Below are positions 1-11,316 of a stretch of DNA of 61,892 nt, in pieces. Position numbers and translations under genes: made by a program. The stretch comes from a virus (Duplodnaviria; Caudoviricetes): IMG/VR virus record IMGVR_UViG_3300037461_001800, positions 1 to 61,892 of that record. One strand, 5' to 3'. The stretch's first letter is position 1. Every line of letters starts with the position of its first letter. The notes under the pieces are model-generated. The model ran no database searches, was not told the origin of the DNA, and worked only from the letters and a program-made list of their open reading frames with translations.

Positions 1-372
1 TCAATAGGTTCCAGGCATTTCGCCGGCAAGCACTCTCCCAAGAACATGTTCCAGAAATTCATCTGGTGGTTTAACTCCATGTTTTTCAATGTAATGGGAA
101 AAACCATCAGGCCATGCGTATTTGTCATCTCCTAAACAGGAACTTCCATTTGGTTTTCCACATATATAACAGTTTACCCACCCACGCCATTGAACAATAG
201 GACATCCAGCTTTTAAATACATAACAACAGCCTTCCGTTCTACAGCATTCCAATTCCAATTTATATAATCCCTCGGATCTGGAAGATCCGGATGATGTTC
301 ATTCTTCCAGTATCCAATAGCTCTTAGCCCGTTCGTTTCTTGTATGCCGTCTGGGTGTCCGTATAGGATCAT
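1..372 (-). CDS. Conserved hypothetical protein (Cys/His motif)
   Basis: Complete 123-aa ORF with GYW, WRG..CxxCG..NGS and WPDGxxHYIExHxVxPP motifs; TGGTATAAG lies 8 nt upstream of the ATG. Confidence 0.75.
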   Translation of the reverse strand: MILYGHPDGIQETNGLRAIGYWKNEHHPDLPDPRDYINWNWNAVERKAVVMYLKAGCPIVQWRGWVNCYICGKPNGSSCLGDDKYAWPDGFSHYIEKHGVKPPDEFLEHVLGRVLAGEMPGTY

Positions 373-422
373 AACTAGTCCTTATACCATGGATTAGATA
401 TAATCATACTAAGATTGAAATT

Positions 423-647
423 CTATTTCGTCATCACAGATATTACGGTATAATAGTCACAATCATATGTTGTCTCGATGTCGGCGTCGGAATCTTCTGT
501 GACATGTATTGTGGATTTTGATATGAATCCTATAATACCACATTTAGAACAAACAAAATTCATTGGGTTTCCTTTTACCTTTTTCCATTCGTGCCCGTGT
601 TTGACCCCAATTGCCGGCAATGGGCCTATAATTTCTATCATGTTCAT
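423..647 (-). CDS. Small CxxC protein with the shared C-terminal tag
   Basis: HEW...CSKCG motif; ends CDYYTVISVMTK. Confidence 0.65.
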   Translation of the reverse strand: MNMIEIIGPLPAIGVKHGHEWKKVKGNPMNFVCSKCGIIGFISKSTIHVTEDSDADIETTYDCDYYTVISVMTK

Positions 648-688
648 GCCTTAGAATACTTGGTCCAAATCAAGATCTACGAATATAA

Positions 689-3600
689 CTAAACTAAATC
701 TTGTAATGCACGCACATGAAGTTCATTAGTACGAGCGTGCAACATGGCTTCTACGGCTGACTCAGCAGCAGACAACGTGGTAATACACGGGATGTTATGT
801 TCAGAAGCAGAAAGGCGTATCGCTTTTTCGTCAAAATATGATTCATATCCAAGTGGGGTGTTGATAACTAATTGAACAGCATCATTTCGAATCAAATCAG
901 TCACATTGGGACGTCCGTTATTAACTTTAAATACAAGCTGGACAGGAAGACCGTGATCAAACAAGTATAAAGCTGTTCCACGAGTTCCCGCCAGCTTGAA
1001 CCCAAGTTCATGTAATCGTCGTGCAATCAATAATGCATTAGGCTTGTCGTGTTCGTTAACTGACAAAAATATAGTTCCCGCGTTGGGGAGACGTAAACCA
1101 GCACTCATCATTGCCTTCAAGAGTGCTTCACCAGGAGTGGAACCGATACCCATAACCTCACCTGTCGATCGCATCTCTGGTCCAAGAAGTACGTCTGCTC
1201 CAGGAAATTTTCGAAAAGGAAACACCGGAGCCTTTACATGGAATAATCGTGTAGTGACATCTTCAGTCAAACCAACTTGTTCCAGTGTTTGTCCAATCAT
1301 GATCTTTGCTGCCAACTTCACAAACGGTACCCCCGTGGCTTTGGCAAGAAAAGGCACAGTACGCGAAGCGCGGGGATTAACTTCAAGCACATATAGTCTA
1401 CCGTCACGCTCAGCAAACTGTACATTCATTAGCCCACGAACTCCAAGAGCAAAACCAAGCCGACGTGTGACATCAAGCATTTCTTGTAAAATGGCTGGTT
1501 TAACACGATATGGAGGAAGAAATGCTGTGGAATCCCCAGAATGAACGCCAGCTTCTTCAACATGTTGTAAAACCCCCGCAATCACCACACGTGTGCCATC
1601 TGACACTGCGTCAACGTCGTATTCAAAAGCATCTTCGAGGAATTTATCAACAAGAACCGGGTGATCAGGTGAAACACAAGTGCCTGAAGTCAAATATTTT
1701 TCAAGAGCCTCCGGTAAATAAAAAACACGCATGGCACGTCCACCAAGGACATAAGATGGACGAATAAGTACTGGAAATCCAATACACTGGGCAATGCGCA
1801 TGGCTTCTTCCACCGATCGAGCAGTGCCATGATCAGGCTGACGGATGTCAAGCTCACGGACCAAAGCACCAAATCTCTCTCGATCTTCGGCTAGGTCAAT
1901 AGCGTCGGGGCTAGTACCAAGCACAGGCACACCAGCGCGTTCCAACCCGGCGGCAAGTTGTAAGGGTGTCTGCCCTCCAAGTTGAACAATTACTCCAGTT
2001 GGCTTTTCTAACTCAGCAATCGATAATACATGTTCGAGTGTAAGCGGTTCAAAATAAAGCCGATCAGCTGTGTCGTAATCGGTTGATACTGTTTCCGGAT
2101 TGCAATTGACCATAATGGTCTCAAATCCTGCCTCCCGCAACGCATATGCCGCATGGCAGCAACAATAATCAAATTCGATTCCTTGACCAATCCGATTTGG
2201 TCCTGACCCAAGGATCATGACTTTATGTCGATTAGTCGGACTAGCTTCACAACGACTCTCATAAGTAGAATATAGGTAAGGCGTAAATGACTCAAATTCA
2301 CCTGCACATGTGTCGACACGCAGGTATGAAGGTCGGATGTCATACAAACGACGTAGCTCCCGCACTTGCTCGGCACTACGCCCAGACAGTGTGGCAATAT
2401 CCTCGTCCGACACACCCTCTCGTTTGGCTAAGGCAAGTTGACGCACAGGCAAATCGACGCCACGGTATAACGCCAACTTGCAGTCAATAACAAACATATC
2501 CTCGAATTGATGCAAAAACCAAGGATCAATTCCGGTAACTTTGTGTACATCCTCAACCGAATACCCCTTGCGAAGGGCATCAAGCACAGCAAAAATGCGC
2601 CCTGGACTAGGTGTATGTAGCATTGTATGCGTCAAGTCATTACTATCGGGAAGGTCTTGATCAAGTGAAACAAGTCCTTTACGAAAGGCCTCCCGAAAAG
2701 TTCTTCCGATAGCCATCACCTCACCGACTGACTTCATTTGTGGGCCAAGGCTAGTGCTAGCATCGGGGAACTTAGCGAAGTCAAAGCGTGGAATTTTAAC
2801 AACAACATAATCAAGCACCGGCTCAAAACATGACGGTGTCGACTTAGTTATGTCGTTAGGGATCTCATCAAGTGTGTAGCCTAATGCCAATTTCGCAGCG
2901 ATCTTTGCAATCGGAAAGCCGGTCGCTTTACTTGCAAGTGCTGAAGAGCGGGACACACGTGGATTCATTTCAATAACATGTAGCTCACCGTTTACTGGAT
3001 TAACCGCGAACTGAATGTTACTACCGCCAGTCTCGACGCCAACCTTGCGAATGACACGTATGGCAGCATCCCGCATAGCCTGATATTCACGGTCAGTAAG
3101 AGTTTGGGCGGGCGCTACCGTGATTGAGTCTCCCGTATGCACCCCCATAGGGTCCAGGTTTTCAATGGAACAAATAATGACCACATTGTCAGCACAGTCA
3201 CGCATTACTTCAAGTTCGTATTCTTTCCAACCCACCACAGATTGCTCAACAAGCACCTGATGTGAAGGACTTTCCCCCAAGCCGCGTGATAAAGCAGCAT
3301 AAAATTCATCACGAGTGTAGGCCATCCCCCCACCGCTCCCCCCAAGTGTGAAGGAAGGGCGCACGATGACAGGAAGTCCAACGAAGTCAAGTGCGTCATC
3401 GGCCTGGTCAAGACTGGTGATAACTATTGAACGTGGAGTCCGTAGGCCGATCTCCGCCATCGCCATAGAAAATTTTTGTCGGTCTTCAGCCAATAAAATC
3501 GCATCCAAATTTGCACCAATTAACTTGACATTATAACGCTCAAGCATACCCTGCTGTGCAAGTGCGATGGCTAAGTTCAAACCTGTCTGACCGCCTACCG

Positions 3601-3859
3601 TTGGTAAAATGCAGTCAGGTCGTTCTCGGGCAATAATAGCCTCAACAACTTCAACTGTCAATGGTTCAATATATGACCGATCCGCAACAGATGGATCGGT
3701 CATAATTGTGGCAGGATTAGAATTAACAAGAATGACTCGAGCCCCTTCTTGACGCAGTGCTCGACAGGCTTGCGTGCCAGAATAATCAAATTCACATGCT
3801 TGACCGATTATGATGGGCCCACTACCAATGACCAGCACACTACGGCCCTTACCCTTCAT
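689..3859 (-). CDS. carB: Carbamoyl-phosphate synthase large subunit
   Basis: 1056 aa; [17 protein letters not shown], duplicated ATP-grasp halves ([19 protein letters not shown]), C-terminal MGS domain. Confidence 0.98.
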   Translation of the reverse strand: MKGKGRSVLVIGSGPIIIGQACEFDYSGTQACRALRQEGARVILVNSNPATIMTDPSVADRSYIEPLTVEVVEAIIARERPDCILPTVGGQTGLNLAIALAQQGMLERYNVKLIGANLDAILLAEDRQKFSMAMAEIGLRTPRSIVITSLDQADDALDFVGLPVIVRPSFTLGGSGGGMAYTRDEFYAALSRGLGESPSHQVLVEQSVVGWKEYELEVMRDCADNVVIICSIENLDPMGVHTGDSITVAPAQTLTDREYQAMRDAAIRVIRKVGVETGGSNIQFAVNPVNGELHVIEMNPRVSRSSALASKATGFPIAKIAAKLALGYTLDEIPNDITKSTPSCFEPVLDYVVVKIPRFDFAKFPDASTSLGPQMKSVGEVMAIGRTFREAFRKGLVSLDQDLPDSNDLTHTMLHTPSPGRIFAVLDALRKGYSVEDVHKVTGIDPWFLHQFEDMFVIDCKLALYRGVDLPVRQLALAKREGVSDEDIATLSGRSAEQVRELRRLYDIRPSYLRVDTCAGEFESFTPYLYSTYESRCEASPTNRHKVMILGSGPNRIGQGIEFDYCCCHAAYALREAGFETIMVNCNPETVSTDYDTADRLYFEPLTLEHVLSIAELEKPTGVIVQLGGQTPLQLAAGLERAGVPVLGTSPDAIDLAEDRERFGALVRELDIRQPDHGTARSVEEAMRIAQCIGFPVLIRPSYVLGGRAMRVFYLPEALEKYLTSGTCVSPDHPVLVDKFLEDAFEYDVDAVSDGTRVVIAGVLQHVEEAGVHSGDSTAFLPPYRVKPAILQEMLDVTRRLGFALGVRGLMNVQFAERDGRLYVLEVNPRASRTVPFLAKATGVPFVKLAAKIMIGQTLEQVGLTEDVTTRLFHVKAPVFPFRKFPGADVLLGPEMRSTGEVMGIGSTPGEALLKAMMSAGLRLPNAGTIFLSVNEHDKPNALLIARRLHELGFKLAGTRGTALYLFDHGLPVQLVFKVNNGRPNVTDLIRNDAVQLVINTPLGYESYFDEKAIRLSASEHNIPCITTLSAAESAVEAMLHARTNELHVRALQDLV

Positions 3860-4992
3860 CGATTTACCTCCATCATAGATATGAAACGTGCAAATAGACT
3901 GTGACTATCATGCGGACCAGGTGATGCTTCCGGGTGGAATTGTACTGAAAATGCGGGGAATCTGCAATGGCGAATTCCTTCCACTGTGCCATCGTTGAGA
4001 TTTATGTGTGTCACCACAACTTGACGATCATCCAACGACGAACCGTGTACTGCGAATCCATGGTTCTGTGCCGTGATCTCGACTCTTCTACTTTGTACAT
4101 CACGCACAGGATGATTCCCGCCACGATGTCCAAACGGCAGTTTATATGTGGTACCACCACATGCGAGTGCAAGCAATTGATGACCGAGGCAAATCCCGAA
4201 AATCGGGATTTTTCCTAGAAGTCCACGGATGGTTTGCACTGCATATTGCACCGGTGCAGGGTCACCTGGACCGTTAGATAATAAAACGCCGTCTGGTTTC
4301 AGAGCCTCAATGGTAGCTAGCGACGACGATGCTGGCACTACCGTAATGCGACAACCAGCAGTTAGTAACTGCTGTAGAATACTTCGCTTCACACCAAAGT
4401 CTATCACGATCACATGTAAGCGTGCATCACGCTTACCGAGTGCATAAGGATTGTCACAAGTAACACGACTAACAAGATCAAGACCGCCCATAGACGGGAT
4501 CTTGCGCGCTTGTTCAACAAGAGTCCACAGTTTGATATAACAACTGTTGTCTTCAATCTTTCCAGCCAACGGTAACGAGTCCATTGTGTCAGGTAACCAC
4601 CGTAACACTCCGCGTAGTGCACCCTGGTCCCGTATATGTAACACAAGCGCACGAGTATCGACGTTACCCATCGCAGGAATACCTGTGTCGTTAAGATAGT
4701 CAGCAAGGCTTATAAGTGAACTCCAATTGGATGGAATAGGGTGATAATCACGTACAATCAGCCCTGAAGCGTGTATAACTGATGACTCATTGTCGTTATT
4801 ATTCACGCCATAATTTCCGACATGAGCAGTTGTCAAGACTACAATCTGACCAGCATATGATGGATCAGTAAGGATTTCCTGATACCCAGTCGGTGAAGTA
4901 TTGAATACGACCTCCCCACCACCATTCTCAGATAGAGAAAAGAAATCACCTCGAAAGAAATGCCCATCTTCAAGGACCAAGATACCGTGCAT
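3856..4992 (-). CDS. carA: Carbamoyl-phosphate synthase small (glutaminase) subunit
   Basis: [30 protein letters not shown]; ATGA overlap with carB. Confidence 0.98.
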   Translation of the reverse strand: MHGILVLEDGHFFRGDFFSLSENGGGEVVFNTSPTGYQEILTDPSYAGQIVVLTTAHVGNYGVNNNDNESSVIHASGLIVRDYHPIPSNWSSLISLADYLNDTGIPAMGNVDTRALVLHIRDQGALRGVLRWLPDTMDSLPLAGKIEDNSCYIKLWTLVEQARKIPSMGGLDLVSRVTCDNPYALGKRDARLHVIVIDFGVKRSILQQLLTAGCRITVVPASSSLATIEALKPDGVLLSNGPGDPAPVQYAVQTIRGLLGKIPIFGICLGHQLLALACGGTTYKLPFGHRGGNHPVRDVQSRRVEITAQNHGFAVHGSSLDDRQVVVTHINLNDGTVEGIRHCRFPAFSVQFHPEASPGPHDSHSLFARFISMMEVNR

Positions 4993-4998
4993 GATTCC

Positions 4999-5042
4999 TT
5001 CCTATGTATAGGAAAGCAACTTCAGTCGCCGAAAACCTATAC
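4999..5042 (-). promoter_or_regulatory. carA leader with two mutually exclusive hairpins, one covering the Shine-Dalgarno site
   Basis: Stem A GTATAGG/CCTATAC (5006-5012 with 5036-5042) encloses a small inner hairpin; stem B TTCCTA/TAGGAA (4999-5014) overlaps the AGGAAGGA SD. Confidence 0.4.
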
Positions 5043-5060
5043 CTTCATGCTGTTTTACAT

Positions 5061-5384
5061 CTAAGAGCTGGTCGGCACCCACGAGTCTATGATCGTACGC
5101 TCAACCCATGATCCTATCGGCGTCCCAGGAGGTGTACTATCTTTGTATATTGACACCCAAACGTTGTATGAATATGGCGGACTAGTGACGCCGGAGTCTC
5201 TAACTCTCAGCTTATACCAAGTTGTTGGATGAGCTCCAAGATTAGCTATCTCAGCCGTGTCCCTTCGGTCGACTGATCCCGAAAAATCAGTATCTGTTTG
5301 AATTAACTCACCAGTATCCCTTCGATCAATCGACCCATACATCACAGCTTCTTCCTGAATCATCCCTCCGGCAAGATCCGCCAT
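5061..5384 (-). CDS. Small hypothetical virion-associated protein
   Basis: Last gene of the fibre-like operon; GS(I/V)DRRDT(G/A)E occurs twice. Confidence 0.7.
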   Translation of the reverse strand: MADLAGGMIQEEAVMYGSIDRRDTGELIQTDTDFSGSVDRRDTAEIANLGAHPTTWYKLRVRDSGVTSPPYSYNVWVSIYKDSTPPGTPIGSWVERTIIDSWVPTSS

Positions 5385-5386
5385 GG

Positions 5387-6718
5387 TTAAAGCCTCATCA
5401 CGGGTTTAGTTCCATTCCATGGAAAAACGAAATCATCACACTGCCAGTATAAATAACTTGAATCATCCGGATAAGAAGTATCAATAAAACCGCCACCAAT
5501 GACTGGATATTGTTGTCCCCACCACATATCGTACAATTGCCCATGACGCCCTTTAGCGCTTACTGTATCTGATACAAGTCCAATTGGCCATATTGGATAT
5601 TCCAATGACAATTGGTTCCGTTGCGAAATTTGGTCCCATTCCATTATCGTAGAAGATGAAGCTCCCTCACAAGTCAGAAATAAAGAAGCCCATACACCAT
5701 TCATATATGAATACGCTCTGGCCGTGTCATTGAATCTTGATAGGCTCATGGCCGAGCTGTATCCACCGGCGCTTGAAGAACATCCAATGGCAGGATTGGT
5801 CCATCCAGAAACTGGATTTTTCGGTTTCTCAAAAAACCAAAAAAGAACCGGCCAGCCATTGGAGATGGCCACGATTCGAGTGCATTGACCATCTGTACTT
5901 TGCATGGCCACTATTATTGAAGGCCACCCGGCGGTAGCTGTATCAGCAGCTAACCAATAGGCATTGCTATGTAAGATCTGTTGTGTTGTGGCTGTTGGAC
6001 AAGCTGTCGTCGAACCACCGGAAAATCCAGAAACCCCCATTACAACAGTTATATAATGGGTGCTCGTATTCGAGCAATCAATGCAAATTTCAAAATTTGA
6101 GTGAATACCCGTTTGTTTAAGAACAATCCATGAATGTTCCGACCCTGCTGAGTTCCAGGTTAGATTACTCCAAGTGTTCATCCCACCTGAAGTAAACTCG
6201 CACGGAGTTCCAAGGGTAGATCCGTTTGCGATTGAATCAATCTCAATAGCCGAATTTGCACTAGAGTCCGAAATGGTTAATTGATTTGTTCCTGTAATAC
6301 TAGCTACGAGATTAGCTGTTACTGGATTAGACGGAAATCCAGTGCTAACATTATTCAAGTCAGATACAATGGTTGTTTTGTTAACAGATGCCCCAGAAGT
6401 TACCGAAAAAGCTTGAAAAGATCCATAGGTTCCATTTGATCTTACACGGATAACATTGTTTCCACCGCTAGTGTTTACACTGGCACTTGTATTTGTACCC
6501 TGAAGATATGTTGGCCATCGGTCAACTGCGTCCATCCCTGCTGCCGTGGAATTTGACGAACCTGTAACCGTCCATGGATTATTTGCAAAGCTACATAAAG
6601 CCTTCTTAATGTTAAGCAGTGTGACTTTATTCTCTGTGGATGCGTTAGTGACTAAAGCAATAATCGTCTTATATGCAATGGAATACTGCCAAGTTTTTTC
6701 AATGGTCGGCATTGTCAT
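5387..6718 (-). CDS. Putative virion fibre/receptor-binding protein, paralogous family
   Basis: Ser/Thr/Gly/Trp-rich; WTVxxSSN...SWIVL...GRHGxxYDxWW module shared with its neighbours. Confidence 0.7.
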   Translation of the reverse strand: MTMPTIEKTWQYSIAYKTIIALVTNASTENKVTLLNIKKALCSFANNPWTVTGSSNSTAAGMDAVDRWPTYLQGTNTSASVNTSGGNNVIRVRSNGTYGSFQAFSVTSGASVNKTTIVSDLNNVSTGFPSNPVTANLVASITGTNQLTISDSSANSAIEIDSIANGSTLGTPCEFTSGGMNTWSNLTWNSAGSEHSWIVLKQTGIHSNFEICIDCSNTSTHYITVVMGVSGFSGGSTTACPTATTQQILHSNAYWLAADTATAGWPSIIVAMQSTDGQCTRIVAISNGWPVLFWFFEKPKNPVSGWTNPAIGCSSSAGGYSSAMSLSRFNDTARAYSYMNGVWASLFLTCEGASSSTIMEWDQISQRNQLSLEYPIWPIGLVSDTVSAKGRHGQLYDMWWGQQYPVIGGGFIDTSYPDDSSYLYWQCDDFVFPWNGTKPVMRL

Positions 6719-6727
6719 GATAATACC

Positions 6728-8044
6728 TCACGCTGGAACAGGATTAGACCTATTCCAAGTATGCACAAGCTGTGGAAGTACTATGAACAAACGGTTTCCA
6801 GTACTTGGAATTGAACAATTTGGCTGAATGTCCGTTGACGTATACCATAAATCATAAATTTCCCCGTGTCTCCCATACACTCCTGGAGTAGCACTCACTA
6901 GCCCACATGGTGTCATAGGCCACTCTCCTGAAAGTTGATTTGGGGTTGTTTGACTTTCCCCAATGGCCGCACTGATATAGAATTCTGTTGTAACATATAG
7001 CCATATATTCTGATTTTTCGCACGAGCCGATATTAGCGCGTTATCAGTCAATTCTGTATACGCCGATGGAATCAAAGAACCAGAGTTGTGCTGCATCAAA
7101 CAAATAGAAGGATTCGTCCATCCAGATACTGGATTTTTTGGTTTATCAAAGAGCCAGAAAGTTCGTAAATTCCCCCATCGATAGCACCATATCCGAGTAC
7201 ATTGTCCATCCGTACTCATGGCTACATTCAGCACGGCATCGAATGCCGTGTTGGTCGACAAACCAACAATATAACCATCATTCAAATGTGTAATACGATC
7301 AGAAGCTGTAGGAACTGCTGTAGTTAAAAGACCCGTTAGTGTAAACCCAGAACTGTGTGAAACGAATGTATTAGCAAGGTAATATGTTGCTGAACTCGAA
7401 GTAGCAAGACATATTTCAAAAGTTGGGTTTATTTGAGACTGCCGAAGAACAACCCAAGAATAATTTGTCCCCCACACAAGATTGTTAGTGGTGCTCATAC
7501 CACCGGAAGTGAACCCGCATGGAGTTCCAAGAGTTGACCCATTTGCAATAGATTCGATCTGAATGTAGGCATTCAGCCCAGTCGAGTCTGAAATGGTAAG
7601 CTGATTTGTTCCTGTAATACTAGCAGTCAATCCAAGATTCGTAAACGATGAATTCCCATTCAAATCAGACACGATAGTTGTTTTAGCAACAGATGCTCCG
7701 GAAGTCACTGTAAAAATGCTATAACTAGGTAGTGGCGAACTTCTTATCATCAGTACATTATTTCCACCACTGGTATCCACATTGGCATTCGTATCCGTAC
7801 CTTGAAATGAAGCCGCCCAGTTATCATTGGTATTTGCTACTGTTGAATTGCTAGATGCTCGAACCGTCCATGGATTAGAATTTGTTGTCGGAGACCCAGT
7901 ACCATCTGTCCACCCTGCACTCGTTGCCAAAAGGTGCTTTATTGTTAATAACAATCTCCGGAAATCAATTTGATAGTTCCCTGTAGACGGTAATAACACA
8001 TTAGTCTTAAAAATCCAAGTTTTGTTAAGTGTCGGGAGAGCCAT
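6728..8044 (-). CDS. Putative virion fibre/receptor-binding protein, paralogous family
   Basis: Full-length paralogue of 5387-6718 (STDGQCTRI, KPKNPVSGWTNP). Confidence 0.7.
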   Translation of the reverse strand: MALPTLNKTWIFKTNVLLPSTGNYQIDFRRLLLTIKHLLATSAGWTDGTGSPTTNSNPWTVRASSNSTVANTNDNWAASFQGTDTNANVDTSGGNNVLMIRSSPLPSYSIFTVTSGASVAKTTIVSDLNGNSSFTNLGLTASITGTNQLTISDSTGLNAYIQIESIANGSTLGTPCGFTSGGMSTTNNLVWGTNYSWVVLRQSQINPTFEICLATSSSATYYLANTFVSHSSGFTLTGLLTTAVPTASDRITHLNDGYIVGLSTNTAFDAVLNVAMSTDGQCTRIWCYRWGNLRTFWLFDKPKNPVSGWTNPSICLMQHNSGSLIPSAYTELTDNALISARAKNQNIWLYVTTEFYISAAIGESQTTPNQLSGEWPMTPCGLVSATPGVYGRHGEIYDLWYTSTDIQPNCSIPSTGNRLFIVLPQLVHTWNRSNPVPA

Positions 8045-8051
8045 CGTTACC

Positions 8052-10457
8052 TCATGTCGTCACTGGAGTAGATTGATTCCATGGTAAAATCACGTCTTTT
8101 ATGTGTATGAATTGTTTAAGCGTTCCCGATGCTGGATATGTATCACCTGTAGAGGGGGTAACACTGCCCCACCACATGTCAGATACCTCGCCATGTCTAC
8201 CATAAAGACCAGGAGTGCCACAAGCAAGACCCATTTTATTCATAGGCCATTCATTTGAAAGAGAATTAACAGTCGTCTGGGTTTGTCCGACACAAGATGA
8301 CACATAAAATTCAGAAGTTGTAAAACATCCGCCATATATATTCTTTTCCCGTATAAGAATGTAGTTATTATCGTTAAAGGCCGTATATAAAGGACTGCCA
8401 CTTGCTATCCAGCTCGTAGTAACTGGGTTTGTCCACCCAGAAACAACGTTTTTCGCCTTTCCAGCAAGAAATATGGATTTACATGTTCCTGCTACAAGAC
8501 CCCACCATCGTCCCATACTACCATCTGAAGTAACAGAAACATTCAAAACGGCGTTAAAAGCAGTGTTTCCGTTAAACCATGTTGTCGAAGATGACCACCA
8601 TCCAAATTCATCAACAGATTTGGGGCGATTCGTTACACTTAAAGAAGAGGTTGAAAACCCTGTACCCATTGAAATGGCACATAAAAGCTGATATACGTTT
8701 GCAGTCGCGCAGTCTAAACATATTTGACACCCAAGAACTGAATTCTGAAGAACAATCCATGAGTGGGCGCTCCCTGCATCCGCAAACACAATGTCAGATA
8801 ATAAATTCCAGTTATCGTTCGTATTAGCAGTTGTTCCATTACTCGAGGCAACAACCGTCCATGGAGTTGTAACTGTAGCAGATGCCCCCGTGCTGTCGGT
8901 CCATCCGGTTCCGGTTGTCAAAGCGTTCTTGATGTTAATCAATAAGTTTCTATGGTCTGTCGTAACGGACCCGCTTGTTGGCCAGTCAGAAGTCATGACC
9001 GGTGAGTTGGTCATCGTTCCATTATGCCCACCTGTTGAATTATCTGTAATAGTTGGAGCTGTGTCCCCATCTCCCATACGCCACCACCCCATTAAGTTGG
9101 CAGAAGGTGGGGATGACCAACTCAATAAATTAGTTGGAGCCTTATCATTATATAGAGCTGTGACCTGTGCTGATGATAATTCAATGTTCCATAGTGACAA
9201 TTCATCCATTGATCCAGAGAAATACTGACCACTTCCAGACGAGGCTCTACCACCGGCATATATGTTATTCGAAGTCAAAATGCTATTAGATCCCAAGGTG
9301 TCATTATTCGTGGTCTTAGTTTGGGAGCTACCATCAACATAAATAGTCACTCCTGAAGCAAGACTATTTCCAGAATATGTAATACACACATGATGCCATG
9401 TTGCTGTTGTAAATGTCCCCGTAGTCACAACATCTATATATAAGTTCCCACTTATTGAATTCACCAGTTGACAGCCAATATGTCCAGAGGCGTCCATGTA
9501 AACAGCCCACCCGGCATACGCTGTTCCGTCTCCCTGTTTTGTCACAAGGCTATAAAGAGCATTCGTTGACCATTTGAGCCAAAACGAAACAGTAAACGTG
9601 TCCGTCCGTTCAAAATTAAAATTGTCACCAAACGTCACATACATGCTACTTGCAGCCGTAAATACAAGACATTTACGGCTATAAGGTATGGGGATGTTTA
9701 CCTTGAAACGCCAGTCATGATGATCTATGCCGGGCAAAGTAATGGTGGGAAATGCAGGGTCTGTTGTGAAGCTCCCGGCACTCATGTTAGTCATGGTGCC
9801 ATTATTCCCACCCGAGGAAGAATCAGTCATAGTTGGATGGGTATCCCCATCCCCGATTTTCCACCATCCAATAAGATTGGAAGTCGGCCCCCAAATTGAT
9901 AAATCTTTCGGACCACCAGAAAAGATCCAGAGTGCTTCCGCAGCCGTGAAAACACGGTTGTAAATGGAAACGCTATCAATCTTTCCATCATAAAACATGC
10001 GACTTGCTGTTATATTTCGAGCTCCAAATTGAAAGTCCGCTGTTGTGATAATCGATGCTGAAAGAGCATCCGTCACCGTGGTTTTTGCCACAGCTGTCCC
10101 ATTAATATATATGACTATCCCAGATGCAGTTGAAGACCCATCATACGTAATGCAAATATGTTTCCAGGATCCATCGTTATAGGCTGAATTTGTCCTAACA
10201 TCAATATAATTTCCACCCCCAAAGTCGTTAACTAGATAAATCTCAACTTGCCCAGAGCTATTTGCAAAAATGACGAATCCAGGATTTCCCGAAGTGTCAT
10301 CCATCTTGCCAATGAACGCATAAGTACTAGATCCAGACCACTTAGCCCAAAAAGAGAATGTTCTTGAGGAGGTTCGCTCAAACCCAAGTACATTGCCAAA
10401 AGCAACATACTGGCTGCTTGATGCCACAAATATACAAGATTTAACCGAGTATGCCAT
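8052..10457 (-). CDS. Virion protein with 2 LamG/ConA-like domains plus the paralogous module
   Basis: Two FERTxxFxxSFW...WxHxCxTY...GxxDExxxxN...GWW repeats; C-terminal family module. Confidence 0.8.
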   Translation of the reverse strand: MAYSVKSCIFVASSSQYVAFGNVLGFERTSSRTFSFWAKWSGSSTYAFIGKMDDTSGNPGFVIFANSSGQVEIYLVNDFGGGNYIDVRTNSAYNDGSWKHICITYDGSSTASGIVIYINGTAVAKTTVTDALSASIITTADFQFGARNITASRMFYDGKIDSVSIYNRVFTAAEALWIFSGGPKDLSIWGPTSNLIGWWKIGDGDTHPTMTDSSSGGNNGTMTNMSAGSFTTDPAFPTITLPGIDHHDWRFKVNIPIPYSRKCLVFTAASSMYVTFGDNFNFERTDTFTVSFWLKWSTNALYSLVTKQGDGTAYAGWAVYMDASGHIGCQLVNSISGNLYIDVVTTGTFTTATWHHVCITYSGNSLASGVTIYVDGSSQTKTTNNDTLGSNSILTSNNIYAGGRASSGSGQYFSGSMDELSLWNIELSSAQVTALYNDKAPTNLLSWSSPPSANLMGWWRMGDGDTAPTITDNSTGGHNGTMTNSPVMTSDWPTSGSVTTDHRNLLINIKNALTTGTGWTDSTGASATVTTPWTVVASSNGTTANTNDNWNLLSDIVFADAGSAHSWIVLQNSVLGCQICLDCATANVYQLLCAISMGTGFSTSSLSVTNRPKSVDEFGWWSSSTTWFNGNTAFNAVLNVSVTSDGSMGRWWGLVAGTCKSIFLAGKAKNVVSGWTNPVTTSWIASGSPLYTAFNDNNYILIREKNIYGGCFTTSEFYVSSCVGQTQTTVNSLSNEWPMNKMGLACGTPGLYGRHGEVSDMWWGSVTPSTGDTYPASGTLKQFIHIKDVILPWNQSTPVTT

Positions 10458-10458
10458 T

Positions 10459-11298
10459 TCATGTATCCATTATTCTGTTGATAACGGCGCAGGATGGATG
10501 TCTCAAAACCTTAAGTGGGCCTTCATAACTAACGAGCCAGCATAAGTCGCGGTCTACAGATACATCTGAAAACTTCATTGGATTTCCATCGACAATCATA
10601 TCAGGACTCATTAAACGCACAACCTGCGAATAATCAGTGTGGATCGTGTGGTGCCTAGTACCAAGTGTTTGCCACATATATCCGCCAGCTGGGCACGGAT
10701 AGGGTCCGCTCTTTGGATTAAGTAAACCGGGCCTCTGCCTTGTGTGCCACCCATAATTCGCTGCCAGTTCTTCCCTGCCATACAACAAATTTGATAAGAC
10801 CCAGTCTTTGCCAACATCTGACACAATTCCGATAGATCCGGATGAGATGTACGGCTTGTCGATGGGTCCACCAAAATCAGTCTTCCAAGTCTTAGTTGCA
10901 GCTAAAATTGCATTTGTAACAGCTTCACTGTGTTTAACCATTCTACTCGTGAATGTCATTCTGTTATCAGCCGTTTGAATGCATGGCTCTATAACAACTG
11001 ATGCGTTTATCCTAATAAGGTCTGCAATTTTTGGGGTAATAAGTGACATAGTTAAAATATCTGCGATACATTGTTCACCTTTCATCGTGGTATTGACTCT
11101 CAAGAAGTCATCCGGCTCCCCAAGCATAAGAGCATCAGACATAACCTGGATCTTTGCGACATGTCCTCCCCATTTTGATTCAATCTCAAACATTCGGGGA
11201 GCAATATAGTTGCCTAGTCTAATAAAATCTATTATTTTTGCTTCACGTTCTGGTGTTGCTTTCTCGGGAAGTCTAGCTACAATTTCTGATGCTTTCAT
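10459..11298 (-). CDS. Hypothetical protein downstream of the endolysin
   Basis: 279-aa ORF with NYGWH and HxDYSQ motifs; ends VINRIMDT. Confidence 0.7.
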   Translation of the reverse strand: MKASEIVARLPEKATPEREAKIIDFIRLGNYIAPRMFEIESKWGGHVAKIQVMSDALMLGEPDDFLRVNTTMKGEQCIADILTMSLITPKIADLIRINASVVIEPCIQTADNRMTFTSRMVKHSEAVTNAILAATKTWKTDFGGPIDKPYISSGSIGIVSDVGKDWVLSNLLYGREELAANYGWHTRQRPGLLNPKSGPYPCPAGGYMWQTLGTRHHTIHTDYSQVVRLMSPDMIVDGNPMKFSDVSVDRDLCWLVSYEGPLKVLRHPSCAVINRIMDT

Positions 11299-11316
11299 GT
11301 TAGGTTAACATTTACC

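Noticed and set aside
996-4706. Alternative-frame and antisense ORFs inside carB/carA, and similar ORFs inside other long genes
   Set aside because: Fully overlap confidently assigned genes and show no recognisable motifs
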